DNA of 64,000 nt from an uncultured Nitrososphaerota archaeon (GCA_963703285.1 OY969807.1:1248001-1312000); one strand, 5' to 3'; positions 1 to 8,580 are shown, counted from the stretch's first letter. Translations and numbers: made by a program. The notes: a model not told the origin generated them from the sequence alone.

Positions 1-123
1 AGTCTGGTAGGATACGGCAAAAGGCGTCCAACCCCTTGGCAAGACTGGCTTCCGAAGTGGGGGAGGTCGGGGGTTCGAGACCCATCGCTTCGGCGACGGT
101 GGGCGAATTTCCCCCCCGGTCCA
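1..123 (+). tRNA. tRNA-Ala(GGC), 5' end cut by window edge, with three BHB introns (16-31, 42-57, 80-109)
   Basis: Removing the three introns gives AGTCTGGTAGGATACCCCC-TTGGCAT-GGGGG-AGGTC-GGGGGTTCGAGTCCCCC-CCGGTCC-A. Anticodon is GGC; U70 and A73 fit Ala identity. Each intron has a 4-bp helix flanked by 3-nt bulges. Confidence 0.9.
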
Positions 124-126
124 CCT

Positions 127-480
127 CTAATCCTTCGCCTTCTCTTTCTCCGTGATGTCCTTCTCAATCTTGCTCGCTCCCTCTTCGACGCGCTCGAGCC
201 CCTCCCTTCAGATTGTGGTGGGGATCGGCCACAGGGTGAAGACTAGAATCGTTATCACCTAGCCGACTGTGACGAATGCCATTATCGAGGCGAAGATCTT
301 CCCCGCGTCGATGTCCAGCAGGAGAGGAGGTCCCTGGCCCGTCGCGAGCATGCTCTCGAAGTAGACCGCGTTCACGTGGTTCATCCCCTCTATCGGATGG
401 AAACCCACCCTGCCGATGACCATGACGGTAACGATTCCGGAGACCGCGTAGAGGACCCTCCTACGTGCTGTTTGGGCGTA
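127..480 (-). pseudogene. Degraded small 2-TM ion-channel-like (Ion_trans_2-like) membrane protein
   Basis: Manual translation ...GFHPIEGMNHVNAVYFESMLATGQGPPLLLDIDAGKIFASIMAFVTVG*VITILVFTLWPIPTTI*REGLERVEEG...KD*. In-frame TAG at 259-261 and TGA at 208-210; no in-frame start found. Confidence 0.6.
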
Positions 481-564
481 AACCGGAGTCCCGCCAAGAC
501 CGACGAAGACTAGCCCATGGGTTTGTGATAAATAGATAGCACAGGCCCACGACAGCTCTCCGAG

Positions 565-1404
565 CTAGTTGAATTCCTTCCTCTCGAAGAGCAGGAGGCC
601 GAGCAAAGCGCTTACCACGAAGTAGACCAGCATGATGACTAGCCCCTCGACGATCGTAGCGTTGTATGAGGGAAAGGTGAATCTCCCGCCTGCCCCGAGG
701 GCGGTCAGCGTGTAGTGTGCGGGATAGGGGACCGTCAATATGTTCGAGACGATACCCTCCGCATAGGTGATGGAGAACCAGGGCTCTATCTTGAGCAAAA
801 GGGTCGCGACATCACCTATTACGCTGAAGACAAATAGGAAGAGCATGATAGTGACCAGAAATGAAATCATGGTACTCTTGAAGAGGGAACTGAACATGAA
901 CGTGACTGCGAGGGCGGACAGGAGATAGAACCAAGCGAACAGGAAAGACTCCAGAAACAGAGTGGGAAAACCAAATCCATAGTACAGACCGTTCGCAAGC
1001 GTGAACGCCAAGAACAGCAACAGTATCAGAGTGGATGCGATGAACGCGGCCAGAAATTTGCCGATGTATATCGTGGACCTCCTGACAGGATTCGGGACGA
1101 GGTAGTAGCCCGTCTTGTTTTGGAACTCTCCAGAGATTGCATCACCACCGAAGAAGACCACCGTTAGTACGATAAAGATGTCGATGAATGTAGCCCACCA
1201 CGATCCATAGAACCCGAGGGGCGTGCTGATGAAGGCGGGCGACCGGGTGTACGCCACCGCTGCCGTAAGAGCAACGTTGACGAGGACGACGATCGAGACC
1301 ATGACGAGGAACCTCCTCGCACGGAGGTAGTTGAGGAAAGAATACTTTGTAATTATACCGACCTGTGCTGCGGAGGAAGCCTTGGCACCTGATGCGCTCG
1401 CCAT
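565..1404 (-). CDS. ABC-2 type transporter permease
   Basis: About 6 TM segments, ISGEFQNKTG...PVRRSTIYIGK motif, directly downstream of an ABC ATPase. Confidence 0.9.
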   Translation of the reverse strand: MASASGAKASSAAQVGIITKYSFLNYLRARRFLVMVSIVVLVNVALTAAVAYTRSPAFISTPLGFYGSWWATFIDIFIVLTVVFFGGDAISGEFQNKTGYYLVPNPVRRSTIYIGKFLAAFIASTLILLLFLAFTLANGLYYGFGFPTLFLESFLFAWFYLLSALAVTFMFSSLFKSTMISFLVTIMLFLFVFSVIGDVATLLLKIEPWFSITYAEGIVSNILTVPYPAHYTLTALGAGGRFTFPSYNATIVEGLVIMLVYFVVSALLGLLLFERKEFN

Positions 1405-1405
1405 G

Positions 1406-2353
1406 CTACACGGTCTCCTTGATTAGGTTGAGATAGACGTCCTCTAGCGCGGAGGTAGCTGGCCTGTAGCTCAAGACAGGCGCGTTCAGCTTGACCAAAT
1501 CCGAGAGTATCCTCGCCTGCACGTCGAGTCCTCCGCCGTACTTTATCCTGACGTTCCTTGGGTCCATCTGTTCGGCTGCGACTACTCCGGGAATTTTCGA
1601 TATGGTCGCGATGGTGAGGGTCGCGTCGAGCGGTTTCAGCAGCCCCAATTCCAGGATGTTGACGTCGCCCGAAAACTTGGCGGTCACGTTGGATAGCGTG
1701 TCGTAGACCAGAAGCTTGCCGTGATCTATCATCGCCACCTCGTCGCAGACCTCGGAGACCTCGCTCAGGATGTGGGAGCTCATGAAAATCAGCCTGTTCT
1801 GGCTCTTTAGGGATTTCACTATGTCCCTCACCTCACTCATTCCCCGGGGGTCGAGGCCCGTGCTCGGCTCGTCCAGGAGCAGAATCGAAGGATCGTTAAT
1901 CAGGGAAGACGCTATGTCTATCCTCTGCTTCATGCCCTTGGAGAACTTGCCCACCCTCTTGTCCATCCATTCCTCCATCTTCACCTGCGCTACCGCTTCG
2001 TCAATCCTCTTCTGACGCTCAGCCTTGGGGACTCCGCGGAGCTCGGCGATCATCAGCAGCGCCTCCCTTGGCGTGAGCGAGGGATAGATCTCGGGCGTCT
2101 CGATGAGCGTCCCGACGGACTCGAGGGCAGCCTTCTTGTGGGTGTGGACATTCTCGCCGTTGATGAAAGCCTGGCCGGAGGACGGCATAATCAGGTCGGT
2201 GAGCATCTTGAGTGTTGTGGTCTTCCCGGCTCCGTTGGGGCCTAGGAACCCGACGCACTTCGCCCCCTCGAGCTTCAGATTCAGGTTCGCGACGGCCGTG
2301 AACGACCCGTAGGTCTTGGAAAGGTTGACTATGTCGACGGAAGGATTTGTCAT
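1406..2353 (-). CDS. ABC transporter ATP-binding protein
   Basis: Walker A GPNGAGKTT, signature FSKGMKQR, Walker B LLLDEP, H-loop SSH. Confidence 0.95.
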   Translation of the reverse strand: MTNPSVDIVNLSKTYGSFTAVANLNLKLEGAKCVGFLGPNGAGKTTTLKMLTDLIMPSSGQAFINGENVHTHKKAALESVGTLIETPEIYPSLTPREALLMIAELRGVPKAERQKRIDEAVAQVKMEEWMDKRVGKFSKGMKQRIDIASSLINDPSILLLDEPSTGLDPRGMSEVRDIVKSLKSQNRLIFMSSHILSEVSEVCDEVAMIDHGKLLVYDTLSNVTAKFSGDVNILELGLLKPLDATLTIATISKIPGVVAAEQMDPRNVRIKYGGGLDVQARILSDLVKLNAPVLSYRPATSALEDVYLNLIKETV

Positions 2354-2368
2354 GCCCTAGGTCACCGA

Positions 2369-3484
2369 CTATTGGCCGATTCCGAGGGTGTTTCCTATCC
2401 CCGCGACGAGTATCTTGTCTCCTTCCTTCGTCCTGTCGTCGATAAGGTGCCTCACCATGGCGACGGCCTTGTCGACCGCGTCGCCGAGGTCCTTCCGCAT
2501 GGCGGTCAGCGTCTCGACGTCGCCCTGCTTGATGAGTACGGCGTAGACCGGGATGTGGTGCTTCGCAGAGATCTCCTCGATATCGAACTTCTCGATGCCG
2601 AGCCCTCCTATCGCGGCTCCGACGCCCTGGGCGATCTCTCCTGACTGCTCACCCTCGAACTTCTGGGCCGCGTCGACCATGACTATGAGGTCCAATGGAA
2701 CCGACCTCTCCTCCACAAGCCGCTGGAGGCCGACGTGGGGTTCTCCGACCCATCCCATCGGTCCCTCCGCCTTCATCACGTAGACCGTCCTACCGTTGTA
2801 CTCCGTCTTCGCCATCACCGTGTCCTTGGCGATGCGCTCGGTGGGAGCCCCGGCGATTAGCCTGGAGGCGAGGAGCGGCCCTACGCCGTCTCCAATGGGC
2901 TGCGCCATCTTGAACGTCTCCGTAGCCTTGGAGAGCGCCCCGGCCATCTCCATAATCTGCGGGAGCACCATCTGCAGCTGGAATATCGCGATGAACGAGT
3001 TGGTCTTCTTGCTGGTTAGGTAGTAGTGCCTCACGACCTTGTGGATGATGTTCAGCGTGCTGGATATCTCCACCAGGTTGGACGCCACGGAGACCTTGAG
3101 GGGGTCGTCCGTTCCGAGGAGGGCCTGGACTTCGGACTTGACCCTATCCTCTCCCGTCTTGGTGATGTGCTCTAGCTTGCCGACGAGCCCATTCGGGTCG
3201 AGGCTGACGGGCGGTATAGTGACGTACTCCAGGAACTGCGTGAGCCTCTCTGCGACGACCTTGCTGTCCTTGCTGATCCCGAGGAAGTAGTCGGTGGTGT
3301 CCTTGACCGCCGAGTCCTTCATCACGACGAGCTTCCTCAGCGACTTCGTGACGCTCGTCTCCGCCACGTAGAATTGGATCCTCTGGCCGTAGACCATGAA
3401 GACGAAGAAGAACCCGTAGGTGATTATGGTGACTAGGCTGCTCAGGTTGATGCTCGGGAAGAGGCTAGACGCGGTGCTAGACAA
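2369..3484 (-). CDS. DUF1512 family protein
   Basis: N-terminal TM; PIGDGVGP, VDAAQKFEGE and GIGNTLGIGQ motifs typical of archaeal DUF1512. Confidence 0.8.
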   Translation of the reverse strand: MSSTASSLFPSINLSSLVTIITYGFFFVFMVYGQRIQFYVAETSVTKSLRKLVVMKDSAVKDTTDYFLGISKDSKVVAERLTQFLEYVTIPPVSLDPNGLVGKLEHITKTGEDRVKSEVQALLGTDDPLKVSVASNLVEISSTLNIIHKVVRHYYLTSKKTNSFIAIFQLQMVLPQIMEMAGALSKATETFKMAQPIGDGVGPLLASRLIAGAPTERIAKDTVMAKTEYNGRTVYVMKAEGPMGWVGEPHVGLQRLVEERSVPLDLIVMVDAAQKFEGEQSGEIAQGVGAAIGGLGIEKFDIEEISAKHHIPVYAVLIKQGDVETLTAMRKDLGDAVDKAVAMVRHLIDDRTKEGDKILVAGIGNTLGIGQ

Positions 3485-3535
3485 GGAAACTCTCAGCCTT
3501 GGGGAAGGCTTTCCTATATAACGGTATCGACAGCG

Positions 3536-3595
3536 GGTTCTGTTAACTCTCCGTCATCGGGGGCGGGATTTTCTCGGTGTTAACTGGCGTCAGCT
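3536..3595 (+). repeat. Left extended terminal inverted repeat of the IS6 element
   Basis: Two GTTAACT-N2/3-CGTCA cores, mirrored at 8102-8161. Confidence 0.9.
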
Positions 3596-3906
3596 CATGG
3601 TTCAGCGTACCAGCCATCCGGCGAACCGACGTATTGCTCGGGACAGTCCGTCAGTCCTTCAAGCGTGAATTGGAACCAGACCTTTTCGGATCGCTTGGTG
3701 ATTTTTGTTATTTTTCCTTCCCAGCACTTGTCAGGGATTCTTGTGTCCCTATTGACCTTGATGAACAACGCGGGTGTGTTATCAAGGAGATTCACTGGAT
3801 TCAGGAGCAAGCCCCTCAGTAGCTGGTATGGATAGGACGAGAGACCGTTCACTTTGTCCCAGTGCTTTCCCCAAGATGTGATCAATACATATCTCAAGAC
3901 AATCAA
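3595..3906 (-). CDS. Hypothetical passenger protein (103 aa)
   Basis: Starts 5 nt after the RM gene stop and ends at the inner edge of the left TIR; Trp/aromatic-rich; no family recognised. Confidence 0.65.
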   Translation of the reverse strand: MIVLRYVLITSWGKHWDKVNGLSSYPYQLLRGLLLNPVNLLDNTPALFIKVNRDTRIPDKCWEGKITKITKRSEKVWFQFTLEGLTDCPEQYVGSPDGWYAEP

Positions 3907-3911
3907 ATCAG

Positions 3912-6326
3912 TTAGAAAGACTTGGACATGGCGGCAAACAGATGTTCAGTATCACGCTTGGACTTTATGAAATTCTTGAAGTCCCTTTCGACCTGATTGA
4001 TCACCTTCTCATCGACCAGAGGTATCTTTATGTTCTGAATCAGGGTCGAACTCAGGTGGGCGACGGTTGCCGTTTGCGTCTTGTCGCTGAACAACTGCTT
4101 TTGCCCAATCTTCGAGATTAGAACAAAGAATACGTAAGCAGGGGAAATCTTGTTCTTGTCAACACGTATGATTGCGACTCTCTGATTTACGGCGATGTCG
4201 GTTGTTTCACTATCAATATAGGCCGCCCTGAACTCTTTGTTCCCGTCCATACCGAGAAGGATATCATCCTCTTCCAGTTTAATTGTGCGACAAGTTCTGT
4301 AGTAATCGGTGGGGATCGTCTCCAAATCCCCTTTCGATAGCAAGGAGTTGTTGAGATGAGCAATCTTCGTAAGAGGCTGTTCACCCTTCCCGAAGTACTT
4401 GCTCTGGAATGCATATCCCGCCATTACCTTTCCGTTCTTCAGGTATTGCTTCAGTTCCTTGAACTGTCCATTCGGAAGAGATACACGCCTCGATCGATAT
4501 TGAGGATCAAGGCGTTCAAAGACTGGAACGCTGGATAGCTTTACCCATTTTGATGAATTGAACGTTCTTTTCTCTTTGAAGGCTTTGAGTATCTCGGGAA
4601 ACTCGTTGCCGTCTTCCTTGATCATGTGCCTCTTGAACTTGTAACCAATCTGATCTGCCGTCCCGAAGAAACATTCGTCATCTTCTTGCTCCACTCCCTT
4701 CCTGCAAAAGAGTATTGTTGTCTTTGTTGCCCCGCCTCCACTGTAGGGTTTGAATGCCTCATCGCTAAGTTTCACTACGGCAAGAACTTTGGCATTCTCA
4801 CGGATGAACTGTCTTATGCATCCCTCTGATGAATTGGAAAAGAGGCCGTCGTGAAGGATTATCCCCAAGAAGCCCCCATCCCTTAGCAGCTTCAGGCATC
4901 TCTCAAGGAATAGAACCCCGTTGTCCTGACCGTCTAACAGCTCCCCACTTTTCTCGAATCGTTGAGTCAGATGATTGAAAAAGTATCTATGTCCTGTGTC
5001 GAATGCCGCCAAAATTGTCTTGTCTTGGACTTGAACGACGGACTTCGAGCCAAAGGGAGGATTCGTCAGGGCAATGTCGAATGAACCTTCCTTAATATGA
5101 TCGTTAAGGAGGGTCAGGCCGTTTCCTTTGAAGATCGCAGTATGGCCATCACCGTTCATCGACATGCTGAGTTTTGCAAGGGAGGCGACACTGCCATCCT
5201 TCTCAATTCCAAACACTTGATTGGTCTGAAGCTGAGTTATCTTTTCCTTGTATTCTGGTGAGTCAGCGAGGAAGCTATCCTTGACTTTGGATGCAAGCCT
5301 GATGAAACTTTTCTCTATGAAGCCGCCAGTCCCGCAGGCAGGGTCGATGATCCTGTCCTTGAGTCGGGGGTCTGCCATGTCCACCATGAAATTGACTATG
5401 TTCCTGTGGGTGAAGAACTGACCCATCTCTCGACCCTTGAGCGTGTTGTTCAGGAACGAATCGAATGCTGAACCCTTTCTCTCAATTGGAATCGAGTCGA
5501 GAGTGTATTTGTAAAGAGATTCGACTATCTCGTTCAGGGTCTTAATGGATAGGTTCCTGCTGATTGTCTTCTCCTCGGGCTGGAGAAGATCGGTGTCAAC
5601 GTATTGGAGGCATTCGGAAAGATACTGATAGATGTCGTCTTCAATCTTCTTTCTCTTCGTCTCTGATGTCGTGTCCTTGTACTGGTTGTAATACTCCGAG
5701 ATTGTCCTTAAGTTGTAAAGACTTCGCCCCCGCTCCTCGTTGGTCTTGATTAGGATTAGCTTGACCAGTATGTGAAGGGCTTCGGCGGGTTTGACGGCAT
5801 CTTCGGCATACATGCGGTTGTGGGCATAGATGAACCACTTCTCGACATCGTCAGAACTTGGTAGCTTCTTGACATACGCCTCCTTGCCTATCAGGATTTG
5901 CCTGAACCTATCGACGTTAGCGAAGACGTTCTTGAGGTCTAACTCAAACCAGAACTTGTCCGATTCATAGAGTCGGTTGCTATATCCGCTCGTTAGGAAT
6001 AGGTATCGAGTGTTGACATCTGGGCTAACGCAGTAGGACATTCCTTGATTGTAGTCGTCTGGGATCGTAAGACCGACTTTGGGTGACTTGGCCTCTATAA
6101 TGAGGGTCGGAAGCACGTCATCTTTCGCCATGATGTCCGTCTGAAGAGTTTCGTAGCTCTTGCTTCCAGCCTTGACACGAACTGAGACTTTGCTGAAGAT
6201 GTTCTTCTCCCTGTATCCTAACTCCTTCAGGATAGGGAAAACGACGCTCTTCTCGACTTGTCCCTCTGAAGGGTTGATTTCGAGTGCATCGCGGGCATCG
6301 TTGAACTTGGATGGCTCCGCCATCAT
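3912..6326 (-). CDS. Fused restriction endonuclease / N6-adenine methyltransferase / single TRD (Type IIG-like, HsdR_N-HsdM-half HsdS)
   Basis: N-terminal D...EAK nuclease motif (TDIMAKDD..IIEAKSP); motif I DPACGTGGF; motif IV TNPPFG; C-terminal HsdS-like TRD (NQRVAIIRV...YVFFVL...IKIPL). Confidence 0.85.
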   Translation of the reverse strand: MMAEPSKFNDARDALEINPSEGQVEKSVVFPILKELGYREKNIFSKVSVRVKAGSKSYETLQTDIMAKDDVLPTLIIEAKSPKVGLTIPDDYNQGMSYCVSPDVNTRYLFLTSGYSNRLYESDKFWFELDLKNVFANVDRFRQILIGKEAYVKKLPSSDDVEKWFIYAHNRMYAEDAVKPAEALHILVKLILIKTNEERGRSLYNLRTISEYYNQYKDTTSETKRKKIEDDIYQYLSECLQYVDTDLLQPEEKTISRNLSIKTLNEIVESLYKYTLDSIPIERKGSAFDSFLNNTLKGREMGQFFTHRNIVNFMVDMADPRLKDRIIDPACGTGGFIEKSFIRLASKVKDSFLADSPEYKEKITQLQTNQVFGIEKDGSVASLAKLSMSMNGDGHTAIFKGNGLTLLNDHIKEGSFDIALTNPPFGSKSVVQVQDKTILAAFDTGHRYFFNHLTQRFEKSGELLDGQDNGVLFLERCLKLLRDGGFLGIILHDGLFSNSSEGCIRQFIRENAKVLAVVKLSDEAFKPYSGGGATKTTILFCRKGVEQEDDECFFGTADQIGYKFKRHMIKEDGNEFPEILKAFKEKRTFNSSKWVKLSSVPVFERLDPQYRSRRVSLPNGQFKELKQYLKNGKVMAGYAFQSKYFGKGEQPLTKIAHLNNSLLSKGDLETIPTDYYRTCRTIKLEEDDILLGMDGNKEFRAAYIDSETTDIAVNQRVAIIRVDKNKISPAYVFFVLISKIGQKQLFSDKTQTATVAHLSSTLIQNIKIPLVDEKVINQVERDFKNFIKSKRDTEHLFAAMSKSF

Positions 6327-6502
6327 TCCTTACCTCCAGACTCTGCATTGTCGAGCAGTTGATTGATCACGTCATCAAAAGACACCTTTGAAGTCCGCTT
6401 CTCTCCAATCACCTTTGCCTTGAACGCGTCTAATCGTGAGAAGGTCTCAGACTTGAGCATGACAGAATGCTGCTTTTGCTTCCCCTTCCGATTGCCTTCC
6501 AA
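6323..6502 (-). CDS. Small ribbon-helix-helix-like protein (59 aa, not in ORF track)
   Basis: TTG start; MEGNRKGKQKQHSVMLKSETFSRLDAFKAKVIGEKRTSKVSFDDVINQLLDNAESGGKE; its TGA overlaps the RM gene ATG (ATGA); SFDDVI..LL is typical of archaeal RHH proteins. Confidence 0.7.
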   Translation of the reverse strand: MEGNRKGKQKQHSVMLKSETFSRLDAFKAKVIGEKRTSKVSFDDVINQLLDNAESGGKE

Positions 6503-6630
6503 ATGAACATCATTGGTATGTTTGTTTCAGTTAATATGTCTGCTATAGATGATTTGGCAGACGTGTCAAAATGAGCTAACCCTCTCGGTACAAAGACACT
6601 ATCACACATAACGGATATATCTGGTATAAA

Positions 6631-6816
6631 TTATATTTTCTGTGTGTTTAGTTCGGCCTTCACTTCAATTCGCTTCCCCTTGATCGCAAAAGTGATGCGT
6701 GAGGGATTTCCGAGTACGTCCATCACTGGCTTAGGGATTGAACTGGAATACCCTCGGCTCTCAACATGATTGACGCCGACCGTGAACTCGGTTGCGTCCT
6801 TTTTCCACTTCGGCAC
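6631..6816 (-). CDS. AbrB/MazE/SpoVT-like small DNA-binding protein
   Basis: SSSIPKPVMDVLG..ITFAIKGKRIEV swapped-hairpin pattern; divergent from the transposase. Confidence 0.7.
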   Translation of the reverse strand: MPKWKKDATEFTVGVNHVESRGYSSSIPKPVMDVLGNPSRITFAIKGKRIEVKAELNTQKI

Positions 6817-6831
6817 GGAGCAAGGTTAGAT

Positions 6832-6910
6832 TATCTACGTATATAATGCTATTCGTAATCCCTAACTATCTACGTAGATACCGATATCCTAATATATCTA
6901 CGTAGATATA
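6832..6910. promoter_or_regulatory. Three palindromic operator-like sites TATCTACGTAGATA
   Basis: 6832-6845 (1 mismatch), 6867-6880 (perfect 14 bp) and 6893-6910 (perfect 18 bp) lie between the divergent AbrB-like and transposase genes. Confidence 0.8.
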
Positions 6911-6933
6911 CCTAAGGACATGCAACGAGCAAC

Positions 6934-8154
6934 TTGGACGAAAGTGAAACGAATCCAGAAATGCCGACGAATGAGGGGTTGGTAAAGATGAACCCCTCCC
7001 CGCTTTTTGTTTCAAGAGAGGTCAGGGGCGAGCAAATCGCCCGACAGTTCGGATGGGTGAAGCGCGTGGACGAGTCCCAATATCTCGTCCACTCCCAGAG
7101 CAGGGACTTCGAGTATTCCGTTCTCAGCACTGAGTTCGGTTGGGTCTGCTCATGCCCAGATGCGATGTACAGGGGGGCGAAGTGTAAGCACATTCACGCC
7201 GTAGAGCTGAGTTTCATCCTCAGAAAGATTGTTGCAAGACAGGCGGTTGCGATCCAGCCCGTCAACGTTCAGGGTTGCCCAAAATGTTCCTGTCTCGACA
7301 TCAAGAAGGGCGGCCTCAGGCACAACAAGGCAGGGGACTTGCAGAAGTTCAGGTGTAAGGAATGTGGCTACTGGTTCACGATTAACCTCGGATTCGAGAA
7401 GGTTCAGGCGACCCCCCAAGCCATCACAGGGGCGATGCAACTCTACTTCTCAGGTGAGAGCCTTAGGAGCGTCCAGAAGTTCCTTAGACTTCAGGGGGTC
7501 AACGTCTCCCATGTCTGCGTTTACAAGTGGATTGGGAAGTATGTTAAGTTGATGGGCGGGTATCTCGACCAGATTCAGCCTCAAGTGGGTGACAAATGGA
7601 GGACGGATGAGCTGTATCTGAAGGTAAAGGGCGACATGAAGTACCTCTTCGCGATGATCGACGATGAGACCCGCTTCTGGATTGCCCAGCAAATCGCAGA
7701 CCACAAGGGAACGAGCGACGTAAGGCCGATGTTCAAGGAGGCGATGAAGGTCGCGGGAAAGAAACCCGAGGTCTTGATTAGCGACGGAGCACCCAACTTC
7801 CACCGAGCATACAACAAGGAGTTCTGGACGCACTTCAACCCGAGGCCGACGCACGTTAAGGAAATCGCGCTCCGAGGTCGGATTCATAACAACAAGATGG
7901 AGCGTTTCAACGGGGAACTCAGAGACCGAGAGAAGGTCATGCGGAGCCTCAAGACGAGCGAGACCCCGATACTCCAAGGGATGCAAATCTTCCACAACTA
8001 TCTGAGGCCACACATGGGCCTTGAGGGAAAGACGCCCGCCGAGGCCGCTGGAATCTCAATCGAGGGAGAGAACAAGTGGCTGACAATCATCCAGAACGCC
8101 CAGATGACGAGAGTTAACACCGAGAAGAATCTGGAGTCGATGACGAAGAGTTAA
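6934..8154 (+). CDS. IS6-family DDE transposase with N-terminal SWIM and Zn-ribbon domains
   Basis: SWIM CSCPD..CKH; CPKC..CKEC ribbon; HTH; DELY / SDG / ERFN catalytic triad; stop codon lies within the right TIR. Confidence 0.88.
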   Translation: MDESETNPEMPTNEGLVKMNPSPLFVSREVRGEQIARQFGWVKRVDESQYLVHSQSRDFEYSVLSTEFGWVCSCPDAMYRGAKCKHIHAVELSFILRKIVARQAVAIQPVNVQGCPKCSCLDIKKGGLRHNKAGDLQKFRCKECGYWFTINLGFEKVQATPQAITGAMQLYFSGESLRSVQKFLRLQGVNVSHVCVYKWIGKYVKLMGGYLDQIQPQVGDKWRTDELYLKVKGDMKYLFAMIDDETRFWIAQQIADHKGTSDVRPMFKEAMKVAGKKPEVLISDGAPNFHRAYNKEFWTHFNPRPTHVKEIALRGRIHNNKMERFNGELRDREKVMRSLKTSETPILQGMQIFHNYLRPHMGLEGKTPAEAAGISIEGENKWLTIIQNAQMTRVNTEKNLESMTKS

Positions 8155-8161
8155 CAGAACC
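8102..8161 (-). repeat. Right extended terminal inverted repeat of the IS6 element
   Basis: Reverse complement GGTTCTGTTAACTCTTCGTCATCG...TTCTCGGTGTTAACTCTCGTCATCT. Confidence 0.9.
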
Positions 8162-8184
8162 CGACAGCGATATAGTGCTCAGGC

Positions 8185-8580
8185 CTACTTGAGGGGGACG
8201 TAGAGGCTCGAGCGGCTCGCGCCTATGCCCGGCGTTCCGTGCACGACCTTCTTGTTGGTTATCACGTACTCGCCCAGGTAGTGGCCTATCATGTCTGGCT
8301 TGACCTCGAGCGCCACGAACTCCCTACCGCTGTGAACGCTGATCTTCGCCCCGACCATGACGGGGAGGATGATCATGTCCCTGGCATGGGTGCGTATCTG
8401 GCCCTCCAGCTTGCCGTCCCTCTGGGCCCGGATGTCCTCGAGCAGCTTCCTCTTGTCCTCGGAGATGCCCCTGTTGAGAGACCTCCTCGCCCGCGACGGT
8501 AGGAGCTGCAGGATGGCCTCCGTGGACATCGAGTTGAGCTGGTCGAGGGAGTAGCCGCGGTATCTGAACTCCTTCGGCAA
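8185..8580 (-). CDS. rps19p: 30S ribosomal protein S19 (uS19)
   Basis: EFRYRG..LPSRARRSL..MIGHYLGEY..GIGASRSSLYVPLK. Confidence 0.97.
   Translation of the reverse strand: MPKEFRYRGYSLDQLNSMSTEAILQLLPSRARRSLNRGISEDKRKLLEDIRAQRDGKLEGQIRTHARDMIILPVMVGAKISVHSGREFVALEVKPDMIGHYLGEYVITNKKVVHGTPGIGASRSSLYVPLK

Larger units (their letters stand above)
3536..8161. mobile_element. IS6-family transposon with passenger genes (4626 bp)
   Basis: Ends GGTTCTGTTAACTCT(C/T)CGTCATCG match 23/24, with imperfect IR extending about 60 bp. 8-bp TSD CGACAGCG at 3528-3535 and 8162-8169. Single DDE transposase; visibly lower GC than flanks. Confidence 0.93.

Noticed and set aside
127-480. Pyrrolysine/selenocysteine readthrough in the channel-like gene
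   Set aside because: Two different stops, no start codon, no recoding machinery in view, and TAG/TGA are ordinary stops throughout the window
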